Shown here: in pieces, positions 41,401 to 55,800 of the stretch
How positions within the stretch are numbered: the stretch's first letter is position 1
Layout of the letters: every line of letters starts with the position of its first letter
Notes under the pieces: generated by a model
What the model was told of the DNA's origin: nothing
Database searches by the model: none
What the model saw: only the letters and a program-made list of their open reading frames with translations
Source of the DNA: the human T2T-CHM13v2.0 reference genome, Homo sapiens
Assembly (NCBI RefSeq): GCF_009914755.1
Contig: NC_060925.1
Length of the DNA stretch: 64,000 nucleotides
Strand: one strand, 5' to 3'
Made by a program: the position numbers and the translations under genes

Positions 41401-44400
41401 CTCATCATCGAATGGATTCGAATGGAATCACCGAATAAAATTGATTGAAATCATCATCCAATGGAATCGAATGGTATCATTGAATGGAATCGAATGGAAT
41501 CATCATCAGATGGAAATGAATGGAATCGTCATAGAATGGAATCGAATGGATTCATTGAATGGAATCAGATGGAATCATCGAATGGACTGGAATGGAATCA
41601 TTGAATGGAATCGAAAGGGATCATAATTGAATGGAATTGAATGGAATCATCGAATGGTCTCGATTGGAATCATTATCAAATGGAATCGAATGGAATCACC
41701 GAATAGAATCAAATGGAACAATCATCGAATGGACTCAAATGGAATTATCCTCAAATGGAATCGAATGGAATTATCGAATGCAATCGAATGGAATTATCGA
41801 ATGCAATCGAATAGAATCATCGAATGGACTCGAATGGAATCATCGAATGGAATGGAATGGAACAGTCAATGAACTCGAATGGAATCATCATTGAATGGAA
41901 TCGAATGGAATCATCGAGTGGAATCGAATGGAATTATGATCAAATGGAATCGAATGTAATCATCATCAAATGGAATCAAAAATAACCATCATCAATTGGT
42001 ATTGAATGGAATTGTCATCAAATGGAATTCAAAGGAATCATCATCAAATGGAACCGAATGGAATCCTCATTGAATGGAAATGAAAGGGGTCATCATCTAA
42101 TGGAATCGCATGGAATCATCATCAAATGGAATCTAATGGAATCATCATCAAATGGAATCTAATGGAATCATTGAACAGAATTGAATGGAATCGTCATCGA
42201 ATGAATTGAATGCAATCATCGAATGGTCTCGAATGGAATCATCTTCTAATGGAAAGGAATGGAATCATCGCATAGAATCGAATGGAATTATCATCGAATG
42301 GAATCGAATGGTATCAACACCAAACGGAAAAAAACGGAATTATCGAATGGAATCGAAGAGAATCTTCGAACGGACCCGAATGGAATCATCTAATGGAATG
42401 GAATGGAATAATCCATGGACTCGAATGCAATCATCATCGAATGGAATCGAATGGAATCATCGAATGGACTCGAATGGAATAATCATTGAACGGAATCGAA
42501 TGGAATCATCATCGGATGGAAACGAATGGAATCATCATCGAATGGAAATGAAAGGAGTCATCATCTAATGGAATTGCATGGAATCATCATAAAATGGAAT
42601 CGAATGGAATCAACATCAAATGGAATCAAATGGAATCATTGAACGGAATTGAATGGAATCGTCATCGAATGAATTGACTGCAATCATCCAATGGTCTCGA
42701 ATGGAATCATCTTCAAATGGAATGGAATGGAATCATCGCATAGAATCGAATGGAATTATCATCGAATGGAATCGAATGGAATCAACATCAAACGGAAAAA
42801 AACGGAATTATCGAATGGAATCGAAGAGAATCATCGAATGGACCCGAATGGAATCATCTAATGGAATGGAATGGAATAATCCATGGACTCGAATGCAATC
42901 ATCATCGAATGGAATCGAATGGAATCATCGAATGGACTCGAATGGAATAATCATTGAACGGAATCGAATGGAATCATCATCGGATGGAAATGAATGGAAT
43001 CATCATCGAATGGAATCGAATAGAATTATGGAATGAAATCCAGTGTGATCATCATCGAATGGACCCGAATGGAATCATCATCCAACGGAAGCTAATGGAA
43101 TCAACATCGAATGAATCGAATGGAAACACCATCGAATTGAAACGAATGGAATTATCATGAAATAGAAATGGATGGACTCATCATCGAATGGATTCGAATG
43201 GAATCATCGAATAAAATTGATTGAAATCATCATCCAATGGAATCGAATGGTATCATTGAATGGAATCGAATGGAATCATCATCAGATGGAAATGAATGGA
43301 ATCGTCATAGAATGGAATCGAATGGATTCATTGAATGGAATCAGATGGAATCATCGAATGGACTGGAATGGAATCATTGAATGGAATCGAAAGGGATCAT
43401 AATTGAATGGAATTGAATGGAATCATCGAATGGTCTCGATTGGAATCATTATCAAATGGAATCGAATGGAATCACCGAATAGAATCGAATGGAACAATCA
43501 TCGAATGGACTCAAATGGAATTATCCTCAAATGGAATCGAATGGAATTATCGAATGCAATCGAATGGAATTATCGAATGCAATCGAATAGAATCATCGAA
43601 TGGACTCGAATGGAATCATCGAATGGAATGGAATGGAACAGTCAATGAACTCGAATGGAATCATCATTGAATGGAATCGAATGGAATCATCGAGTGGAAT
43701 CGAATGGAATTATGATCAAATGGAATCGAATGTAATCATCATCAAATGGAATCAAAAATAACCATCATCAATTGGTATTGAATGGAATTGTCATCAAATG
43801 GAATTCAAAGGAATCATCATCAAATGGAACCGAATGGAATCCTCATTGAATGGAAATGAAAGGGGTCATCATCTAATGGAATCGCATGGAATCATCATCA
43901 AATGGAATAGAATGGAATCATCATCAAATGGAATCTAATGGAATCATTGAACAGAATTGAATGGAATCGTCATCGAATGAATTGAATGCAATCATCGAAT
44001 GGTCTCGAATGGAATCATCTTCTAATGGAAAGGAATGGAATCATCGCATAGAATCGAATGGAATTATCATCGAATGGAATCGAATGGTATCAACACCAAA
44101 CGGAAAAAAACGGAATTATCGAATGGAATCGAAGAGAATCTTCGAACGGACCCGAATGGAATCATCTAATGGAATGGAATGGAATAATCCATGGACTCGA
44201 ATGCAATCATCATCGAATGGAATCGAATGGAATCATCGAATGGACTCGAATGGAATAATCATTGAACGGAATCGATTGGAATCATCATCGGATGGAAACG
44301 AATGGAATCATCATCGAATGGAAATGAAAGGAGTCATCATCTAATGGAATTGCATGGAATCATCATAAAATGGAATCGAATGGAATCAACATCAAATGGA

Positions 44401-47400
44401 ATCAAATGGAATCATTGAACGGAATTGAATGGAATCGTCATCGAATGAATTGACTGCAATCATCCAATGGTCTCGAATGGAATCATCTTCAAATGGAATG
44501 GAATGGAATCATCGCATAGAATCGAATGGAATTATCATCGAATGGAATCGAATGGAATCAACATCAAACGGAAAAAAACAGAATTATCGTATGGAATCGA
44601 AGAGAATCATCGAAGGGACCCGAATGGAATCATCTAATGGAATGGAATGGAATAATCCATGGACTCGAATGCAATCATCATCGAATGGAATCGAATGGAA
44701 TCATCGAATGGACTCGAATGGAATAATCATTGAACGGAATCGAATGGAATCATCATCGGATGGAAATGAATGGAATCATCATCGAATGGAATCGAATAGA
44801 ATTATGGAATGAAATCCAGTGTGATCATCATCGAATGGACCCGAATGGAATCAACATCCAACGGAAGCTAATGGAATCAACATCGAATGAATCGAATGGA
44901 AACACCATCGAATTGAAACGAATGGAATTATCATGAAATTGAAATGGATGGACTCATCATCGAATGGATTCGAATGGAATCATCGAATAAAATTGATTGA
45001 AATCATCATCCAATGGAATCGAATGGTATCATTGAATGGAATCGAATGGAATCATCATCAGATGGAAATGAATGGAATCGTCATAGAATGGAATCGAATG
45101 GATTCATTGAATGGAATCAGATGGAATCATCGAATGGACTGGAATGGAATCATTGAATGGACTCGAAAGGGATCATTATTGAATGGAATTGAATGGAATC
45201 ATCGAATGGTCTCGATTGGAATCATTATCAAATGGAATCGAATGAAATCACCGAACAGAATCGAATGGAACAATCATCGAATGGACTCAAATGGAATTAT
45301 CCTCCAATGGAATCGAATGGAATTATCGAATGCAATCGAATGGAATTATCGAATGCAATCTAATAGAATCATCGAATGGACTCGAATGGAATCATCGAAT
45401 GGAATGGAATGGAACAGTCAATGAACTCGAATGGAATCATCATTGAATGGAATCGAATGGAATCATCGAGTGGAATCGAATGGAATTATGATCAAATGGA
45501 ATCGAATGTAATCATCATCAAATGGAATCAAAAATAACCATCATCAATTGGTATTGAATGGAATTGTCATCAAATGGAATTCAAAGGAATCATCATCAAA
45601 TGGAACCGAATGGAATCCTCATTGAATGGAAATGAAAGGGGTCATCATCTAATGGAATCGCATGGAATCATCATCAAATGGAATCGAATGGAATCATCAT
45701 CAAATGGAATCTAATGGAATCATTGAACAGAATTGAATGGAATCGTCATCGAATGAATTGAATGCAATCATCGAATGGTCTCGAATGGAATCATCTTCTA
45801 ATGGAAAGGAATGGAATCATCGCATAGAATCGAATGGAATTATCATCGAATGGAATCGAATGGTATCAACACCAAACGGAAAAAAACGGAATTATCGAAT
45901 TGAATCGAAGAGAATCTTCGAACGGACCCGAATGGAATCATCTAATGGAATGGAATGGAATAATCCATGGACTCGAATGCAATCATCATCGAATGGAATC
46001 GAATGGAATCATCGAATGGACTCGAATGGAATAATCATTGAACGGAATCGAATGGAATCATCATCGGATGGAAACGAATGGAATCATCATCGAATGGAAA
46101 TGAAAGGAGTCATCATCTAATGGAATTGCATGGAATCATCATAAAATGGAATCGAATGGAATCAACATCAAATGGAATCAAATGGAATCATTGAACGGAA
46201 TTGAATGGAATCGTCATCGAATGAATTGACTGCAATCATCCAATGGTCTCGAATGGAATCATCTTCAAATGGAATGGAATGGAATCATCGCATAGAATCG
46301 AATGGAATTATCATCGAATGGAATCGAATGGAATCAACATCAAACGGAAAAAAATGAAATTATCGAATGGAATCGAAGAGAATCATCGAATGGACCCGAA
46401 TGGAATCATCTAATGGAATGGAATGGAATAATCCATGGACTCGAATGCAATCATCATCGAATGGAATCGAATGGAATCATCGAATGGACTCGAATGGAAT
46501 AATCATTGAACGGAATCGAATGGAATCATCATCGGATGGAAATGAATGGAATCATCATCGAATGGAATCGAATAGAATTATGGAATGAAATCCAGTGTGA
46601 TCATCATCGAATGGACCCGAATGGAATCATCATCCAACGGAAGCTAATGGAATCAACATCGAATGAATCGAATGGAAACACCATCGAATTGAAACGAATG
46701 GAATTATCATGAAATTGAAATGGATGGACTCATCATCGAATGGATTCGAATGGAATCATCGAATAAAATTGATTGAAATCATCATCCAATGGAATCGAAT
46801 GGTATCATTGAATGGAATCGAATGGAATCATCATCAGATGGAAATGAATGGAATCGTCATAGAATGGAATCGAATGGATTCATTGAATGGAATCAGATGG
46901 AATCATCGAATGGACTGGAATGGAATCATTGAATGGAATCGAAAGGGATCATAATTGAATGGAATTGAATGGAATCATCGAATGGTCTCGATTGGAATCA
47001 TTATCAAATGGAATCGAATGGAATCACCGAATAGAATCGAATGGAACAATCATCGAATGGACTCAAATGGAATTATCCTCCAATGGAATCGAATGGAATT
47101 ATCGAATGCAATCGAATGGAATTATCGAATGCAATCGAATAGAATCATCGAATGGACTCGAATGGAATCATCGAATGGAATGGAATGGAACAGTCAATGA
47201 ACTCGAATGGAATCATCATTGAATGGAATCGAATGGAATCATCGAGTGGAATCGAATGGAATTATGATCAAATGGAATCGAATGTAATCATCATCAAATG
47301 GAATCAAAAATAACCATCATCAATTGGTATTGAATGGAATTGTCATCAAATGGAATTCAAAGGAATCATCATCAAATGGAACCGAATGGAATCCTCATTG

Positions 47401-50400
47401 AATGGAAATGAAAGGGGTCATCATCTAATGGAATCGCATGGAATCATCATCAAATGGAATCGAATGGAATCATCATCAAATGGAATCTAATGGAATCATT
47501 GAACAGAATTGAATGGAATCGTCATCGAATGAATTGAATGCAATCATCGAATGGTCTCGAATGGAATCATCTTCTAATGGAAAGGAATGGAATCATCGCA
47601 TAGAATCGAATGGAATTATCATCGAATGGAATCGAATGGTATCAACACCAAACGGAAAAAAACGGAATTATCGAATGGAATCGAAGAGAATCTTCGAACG
47701 GACCCGAATGGAATCATCTAATGGAATGGAATGGAATAATCCATGGACTCGAATGCAATCATCATCGAATGGAATCGAATGGAATCATCGAATGGACTCG
47801 AATGGAATAATCATTGAACGGAATCGAATGGAATCATCATCGGATGGAAACGAATGGAATCATCATCGAATGGAAATGAAAGGAGTCATCATCTAATGGA
47901 ATTGCATGGAATCATCATAAAATGGAATCGAATGGAATCAACATCAAATGGAATCAAATGGAATCATTGAACGGAATTGAATGGAATCGTCATCGAATGA
48001 ATTGACTGCAATCATCCAATGGTCTCGAATGGAATCATCTTCAAATGGAATGGAATGGAATCATCGCATAGAATCGAATGGAATTATCATCGAATGGAAT
48101 CGAATGGAATCAACATCCAACGGAAAAAAATGGAATTATCGAATGGAATCGAAGAGAATCATCGAATGGACCCGAATGGAATCATCTAATGGAATGGAAT
48201 GGAATAATCCATGGACTCGAATGCAATCATCATCGAATGGAATCGAATGGAATCATCGAATGGACTCGAATGGAATAATCATTGAACGGAATCGAATGGA
48301 ATCATCATCGGATGGAAATGAATGGAATCATCATCGAATGGAATCGAATAGAATTATGGAATGAAATCCAGTGTGATCATCATCGAATGGACCCGAATGG
48401 AATCATCATCCAACGGAAGCTAATGGAATCAACATCGAATGAATCGAATGGAAACACCATCGAATTGAAACGAATGGAATTATCATGAAATTGAAATGGA
48501 TGGACTCATCATCGAATGGATTCGAATGGAATCATCGAATAAAATTGATTGAAATCATCATCCAATGGAATCGAATGGTATCATTGAATGGAATCGAATG
48601 GAATCATCATCAGATGGAAATGAATGGAATCGTCATAGAATGGAATCGAATGGATTCATTGAATGGAATCAGATGGAATCATCGAATGGACTGGAATGGA
48701 ATCATTGAATGGAATCGAAAGGGATCATAATTGAATGGAATTGAATGGAATCATCGAATGGTCTCGATTGGAATCATTATCAAATGGTATCGAATGGAAT
48801 CACCGAATAGAATCGAATGGAACAATCATCGAATGGACTCAAATGGAATTATCCTCCAATGGAATCGAATGGAATTATCGAATGCAATCGAATGGAATTA
48901 TCGAATGCAATCGAATAGAATCATCGAATGGACTCGAATGGAATCATCGAATGGAATGGAATGGAACAGTCAATGAACTCGAATGGAATCATCATTGAAT
49001 GGAATCGAATGGAATCATCGAGTGGAATCGAATGGAATTATGATCAAATGGAATCGAATGTAATCCTCATCAAATGGAATCAAAAATAACCATCATCAAT
49101 TGGTATTGAATGGAATTGTCATCAAATGGAATTCAAAGGAATCATCATCAAATGGAACCGAATGGAATCCTCATTGAATGGAAATGAAAGGGGTCATCAT
49201 CTAATGGAATCGCATGGAATCATCATCAAATGGAATCGAATGGAATCATCATCAAATGGAATCTAATGGAATCATTGAACAGAATTGAATGGAATCGTCA
49301 TCGAATGAATTGAATGCAATCATCGAATGGTCTCGAATGGAATCATCTTCTAATGGAAAGGAATGGAATCATCGCATAGAATCGAATGGAATTATCATCG
49401 AATGGAATCGAATGGTATCAACACCAAACGGAAAAAAACGGAATTATCGAATGGAATCGAAGAGAATCTTCGAACGGACCCGAATGGAATCATCTAATGG
49501 AATGGAATGGAATAATCCATGGACTCGAATGCAATCATCATCGAATGGAATCGAATGGAATCATCGAATGGACTCGAATGGAATAATCATTGAACGGAAT
49601 CGATTGGAATCATCATCGGATGGAAACGAATGGAATCATCATCGAATGGAAATGAAAGGAGTCATCATCTAATGGAATTGCATGGAATCATCATAAAATG
49701 GAATCGAATGGAATCAACATCAAATGGAATCAAATGGAATCATTGAGCAGAATTGAATGGAATCGTCATCGAATGAATTGACTGCAATCATCCAATGGTC
49801 TCGAATGGAATCATCTTCAAATGGAATGGAATGGAATCATCGCATAAAATCGAATGGAATTATCATCGAATGGAATCGAATGGAATCAACATCCAACGGA
49901 AAAAAACGGAATTATCGAATGGAATCGAAGAGAATCATCGAATGGACCCGAATGGAATCATCTAATGGAATGGAATGGAATAATCCATGGACTCGAATGC
50001 AATCATCATCGAATGGAATCGAATGGAATCATCGAATGGACTCGAATGGAATAATCATTGAACGGAATCGAATGGAATCATCATCGGATGGAAATGAATG
50101 GAATCATCATCGAATGGAATCGAATAGAATTATGGAATGAAATCCAGTGTGATCATCATCGAATGGACCCGAATGGAATCAACATCCAACGGAAGCTAAT
50201 GGAATCAACATCGAATGAATCGAATGGAAACACCATCGAATTGAAACGAATGGAATTATCATGAAATTGAAATGGATGGACTCATCATCGAATGGATTCG
50301 AATGGAATCATCGAATAAAATTGATTGAAATCATCATCCAATGGAATCGAATGGTATCATTGAATGGAATCGAATGGAATCATCATCAGATGGAAATGAA

Positions 50401-52800
50401 TGGAATCGTCATAGAATGGAATCGAATGGATTCATTGAATGGAATCAGATGGAATCATCGAATGGACTGGAATGGAATCATTGAATGGACTCGAAAGGGA
50501 TCATTATTGAATGGAATTGAATGGAATCATCGAATGGTCTCGATTGGAATCATTATCAAATGGAATCGAATGAAATCACCGAACAGAATCGAATGGAACA
50601 ATCATCGAATGGACTCAAATGGAATTATCCTCCAATGGAATCGAATGGAATTATCGAATGCAATCGAATGGAATTATCGAATGCAATCGAATAGAATCAT
50701 CGAATGGACTCGAATGGAATCATCGAATGGAATGGAATGGAACAGTCAATGAACTCGAATGGAATCATCATTGAATGGAATCGAATGGAATCATCGAGTG
50801 GAATCGAATGGAATTATGATCAAATGGAATCGAATGTAATCATCATCAAATGGAATCAAAAATAACCATCATCAATTGGTATTGAATGGAATTGTCATCA
50901 AATGGAATTCAAAGGAATCATCATCAAATGGAACCGAATGGAATCCTCATTGAATGGAAATGAAAGGGGTCATCATCTAATGGAATCGCATGGAATCATC
51001 ATCAAATGGAATCGAATGGAATCATCATCAAATGGAATCTAATGGAATCATTGAACAGAATTGAATGGAATCGTCATCGAATGAATTGAATGCAATCATC
51101 GAATGGTCTCGAATGGAATCATCTTCTAATGGAAAGGAATGGAATCATCGCATAGAATCGAATGGAATTATCATCGAATGGAATCGAATGGTATCAACAC
51201 CAAACGGAAAAAAACGGAATTATCGAATTGAATCGAAGAGAATCTTCGAACGGACCCGAATGGAATCATCTAATGGAATGGAATGGAATAATCCATGGAC
51301 TCGAATGCAATCATCATCGAATGGAATCGAATGGAATCATCGAATGGACTCGAATGGAATAATCATTGAACGGAATCGAATGGAATCATCATCGGATGGA
51401 AACGAATGGAATCATCATCGAATGGAAATGAAAGGAGTCATCATCTAATGGAATTGCATGGAATCATCATAAAATGGAATCGAATGGAATCAACATCAAA
51501 TGGAATCAAATGGAATCATTGAACGGAATTGAATGGAATCGTCATCGAATGAATTGACTGCAATCATCCAATGGTCTCGAATGGAATCATCTTCAAATGG
51601 AATGGAATGGAATCATCGCATAGAATCGAATGGAATTATCATCGAATGGAATCGAATGGAATCAACATCAAACGGAAAAAAACGGAATTATCGAATGGAA
51701 TCGAAGAGAATCATCGAATGGACCCGAATGGAATCATCTAATGGAATGGAATGGAATAATCCATGGACTCGAATGCAATCATCATCGAATGGAATCGAAT
51801 GGAATCATCGAATGGACTCGAATGGAATAATCATTGAACGGAATCGAATGGAATCATCATCGGATGGAAATGAATGGAATCATCATCGAATGGAATCGAA
51901 TAGAATTATGGAATGAAATCCAGTGTGATCATCATCGAATGGACCCGAATGGAATCATCATCCAACGGAAGCTAATGAAATCAACATCGAATGAATCGAA
52001 TGGAAACACCATCGAATTGAAACGAATGGAATTATCATGAAATTGAAATGGATGGACTCATCATCGAATGGATTCGAATGGAATCATCGAATAAAATTGA
52101 TTGAAATCATCATCCAATGGAATCGAATGGTATCATTGAATGGAATCGAATGGAATCATCATCAGATGGAAATGAATGGAATCGTCATAGAATGGAATCG
52201 AATGGATTCATTGAATGGAATCAGATGGAATCATCGAATGGACTGGAATGGAATCATTGAATGGAATCGAAAGGGATCATAATTGAATGGAATTGAATGG
52301 AATCATCGAATGGTCTCGATTGGAATCATTATCAAATGGAATCGAATGGAATCACCGAATAGAATCGAATGGAACAATCATCGAATGGACTCAAATGGGA
52401 TTATCCTCCAATGGAATCGAATGGAATTATCGAATGCAATCGAATGGAATTATCGAATGCAATCGAATAGAATCATCGAATGGACTCGAATGGAATCATC
52501 GAATGGAATGGAATGGAACAGTCAATGAACTCGAATGGAATCATCATTGAATGGAATCGAATGGAATCATCGAGTGGAATCGAATGGAATTATGATCAAA
52601 TGGAATCGAATGTAATCATCATCAAATGGAATCAAAAATAACCATCATCAATTGGTATTGAATGGAATTGTCATCAAATGGAATTCAAAGGAATCATCAT
52701 CAAATGGAACCGAATGGAATCCTCATTGAATGGAAATGAAAGGGGTCATCATCTAATGGAATCGCATGGAATCATCATCAAATGGAATCGAATGGAATCA
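32500..52800 (+). repeat. Third domain with 5328-bp (3-unit) super-periodicity
   Basis: Read-through 163-aa ORF at 34277, 39605, 44933 and 50261. RIESKR variant at 35081, 40409, 45737 and 51065. KKQNY/EGTR variant at 33773, 39101 and 44429. Confidence 0.85.
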
Positions 52801-55800
52801 TCATCAAATGGAATCTAATGGAATCATTGAACAGAATTGAATGGAATCGTCATCGAATGAATTGAATGCAATCATCGAATGGTCTCGAATGGAATCATCT
52901 TCTAATGGAAAGGAATGGAATCATCGCATAGAATCGAATGGAATTATCATCGAATGGAATCGAATGGTATCAACACCAAACGGAAAAAAACGGAATTATC
53001 GAATGGAATCGAAGAGAATCTTCGAACGGACCCGAATGGAATCATCTAATGGAATGGAATGGAATAATCCATGGACTCGAATGCAATCATCATCGAATGG
53101 AATCGAATGGAATCATCGAATGGACTCGAATGGAATAATCATTGAACGGAATCGATTGGAATCATCATCGGATGGAAACGAATGGAATCATCATCGAATG
53201 GAAATGAAAGGAGTCATCATCTAATGGAATTGCATGGAATCATCATAAAATGGAATCGAATGGAATCAACATCAAATGGAATCAAATGGAATCATTGAAC
53301 GGAATTGAATGGAATCGTCATCGAATGAATTGACTGCAATCATCCAATGGTCTCGAATGGAATCATCTTCAAATGGAATGGAATGGAATCATCGCATAAA
53401 ATCGAATGGAATTATCATCGAATGGAATCGAATGGAATCAACATCCAACGGAAAAAAACGGAATTATCGAATGGAATCGAAGAGAATCATCGAATGGACC
53501 CGAATGGAATCATCTAATGGAATGGAATGGAATAATCCATGGACTCGAATGCAATCATCATCGAATGGAATCGAATGGAATCATCGAATGGACTCGAATG
53601 GAATAATCATTGAACGGAATCGAATGGAATCATCATCGGATGGAAATGAATGGAATCATCATCGAATGGAATCGAATAGAATTATGGAATGAAATCCAGT
53701 GTGATCATCATCGAATGGACCCGAATGGAATCATCATCCAACGGAAGCTAATGGAATCAACATCGAATGAATCGAATGGAAACACCATCGAATTGAAACG
53801 AATGGAATTATCATGAAATTGAAATGGATGGACTCATCATCGAATGGATTCGAATGGAATCATCGAATAAAATTGATTGAAATCATCATCCAATGGAATC
53901 GAATGGTATCATTGAATGGAATCGAATGGAATCATCATCAGATGGAAATGAATGGAATCGTCATAGAATGGAATCGAATGGATTCATTGAATGGAATCAG
54001 ATGGAATCATCGAATGGACTGGAATGGAATCATTGAATGGACTCGAAAGGGATCATGATTGAATGGAATTGAATGGAATCATCGAATGGTCTCGATTGGA
54101 ATCATTATCAAATGGAATCGAATGGAATCACCGAATAGAATCGAATGGAACAATCATCGAATGGACTCAAATGGAATTATCCTCCAATGGAATCGAATGG
54201 AATTATCGAATGCAATCGAATGGAATTATCGAATGCAATCGAATAGAATCATCGAATGGACTCGAATGGAATCATCGAATGGAATGGAATGGAACAGTCA
54301 ATGAACTCGAATGGAATCATCATTGAATGGAATCGAATGGAATCATCGAGTGGAATCGAATGGAATTATGATCAAATGGAATCGAATGTAATCATCATCA
54401 AATGGAATCAAAAATAACCATCATCAATTGGTATTGAATGGAATTGTCATCAAATGGAATTCAAAGGAATCATCATCAAATGGAACCGAATGGAATCCTC
54501 ATTGAATGGAAATGAAAGGGGTCATCATCTAATGGAATCGCATGGAATCATCATCAAATGGAATCGAATGGAATCATCATCAAATGGAATCTAATGGAAT
54601 CATTGAACAGAATTGAATGGAATCGTCATCGAATGAATTGAATGCAATCATCGAATGGTCTCGAATGGAATCATCTTCTAATGGAAAGGAATGGAATCAT
54701 CGCATAGAATCGAATGGAATTATCATCGAATGGAATCGAATGGTATCAACACCAAACGGAAAAAAACGGAATTATCGAATGGAATCGAAGAGAATCTTCG
54801 AACGGACCCGAATGGAATCATCTAATGGAATGGAATGGAATAATCCATGGACTCGAATGCAATCATCATCGAATGGAATCGAATGGAATCATCGAATGGA
54901 CTCGAATGGAATAATCATTGAACGGAATCGATTGGAATCATCATTGGATGGAAACGAATGGAATCATCATCGAATGGAAATGAAAGGAGTCATCATCTAA
55001 TGGAATTGCATGGAATCATCATAAAATGGAATCGAATGGAATCAACATCAAATGGAATCAAATGGAATCATTGAACGGAATTGAATGGAATCGTCATCGA
55101 ATGAATTGACTGCAATCATCCAATGGTCTCGAATGGAATCATCTTCAAATGGAATGGAATGGAATCATCGCATAGAATCGAATGGAATTATCATCGAATG
55201 GAATCGAATGGAATCAACATCCAACGGAAAAAAACGGAATTATCGAATGGAATCGAAGAGAATCATCGAATGGACCCGAATGGAATCATCTAATGGAATG
55301 GAATGGAATAATCCATGGACTCGAATGCAATCATCATCGAATGGAATCGAATGGAATCATCGAATGGACTCGAATGGAATAATCATTGAACGGAATCGAA
55401 TGGAATCATCATCGGATGGAAATGAATGGAATCATCATCGAATGGAATCGAATAGAATTATGGAATGAAATCCAGTGTGATCATCATCGAATGGACCCGA
55501 ATGGAATCATCATCCAACGGAAGCTAATGGAATCAACATCGAATGAATCAAATGGAAACACCATCGAATTGAAACGAATGGAATTATCATGAAATTGAAA
55601 TGGATGGACTCATCATCGAATGGATTCGAATGGAATCATCGAATAAAATTGATTGAAATCATCATCGAATGGAATCGAATGGTATCATTGAATGGAATCG
55701 AATGGAATCATCATCAGATGGAAATGAATGGAATCGTCATAGAATGGAATCGAATGGATTCATTGAATGGAATCAGATGGAATCATCGAATGGACTGGAA

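Noticed and set aside
43900-43915. GGAATAGAAT shared with left-domain units (2206, 7066, 10618)
   Set aside because: It is a single base at a CpG with no linked markers, so it cannot be distinguished from recurrent mutation.
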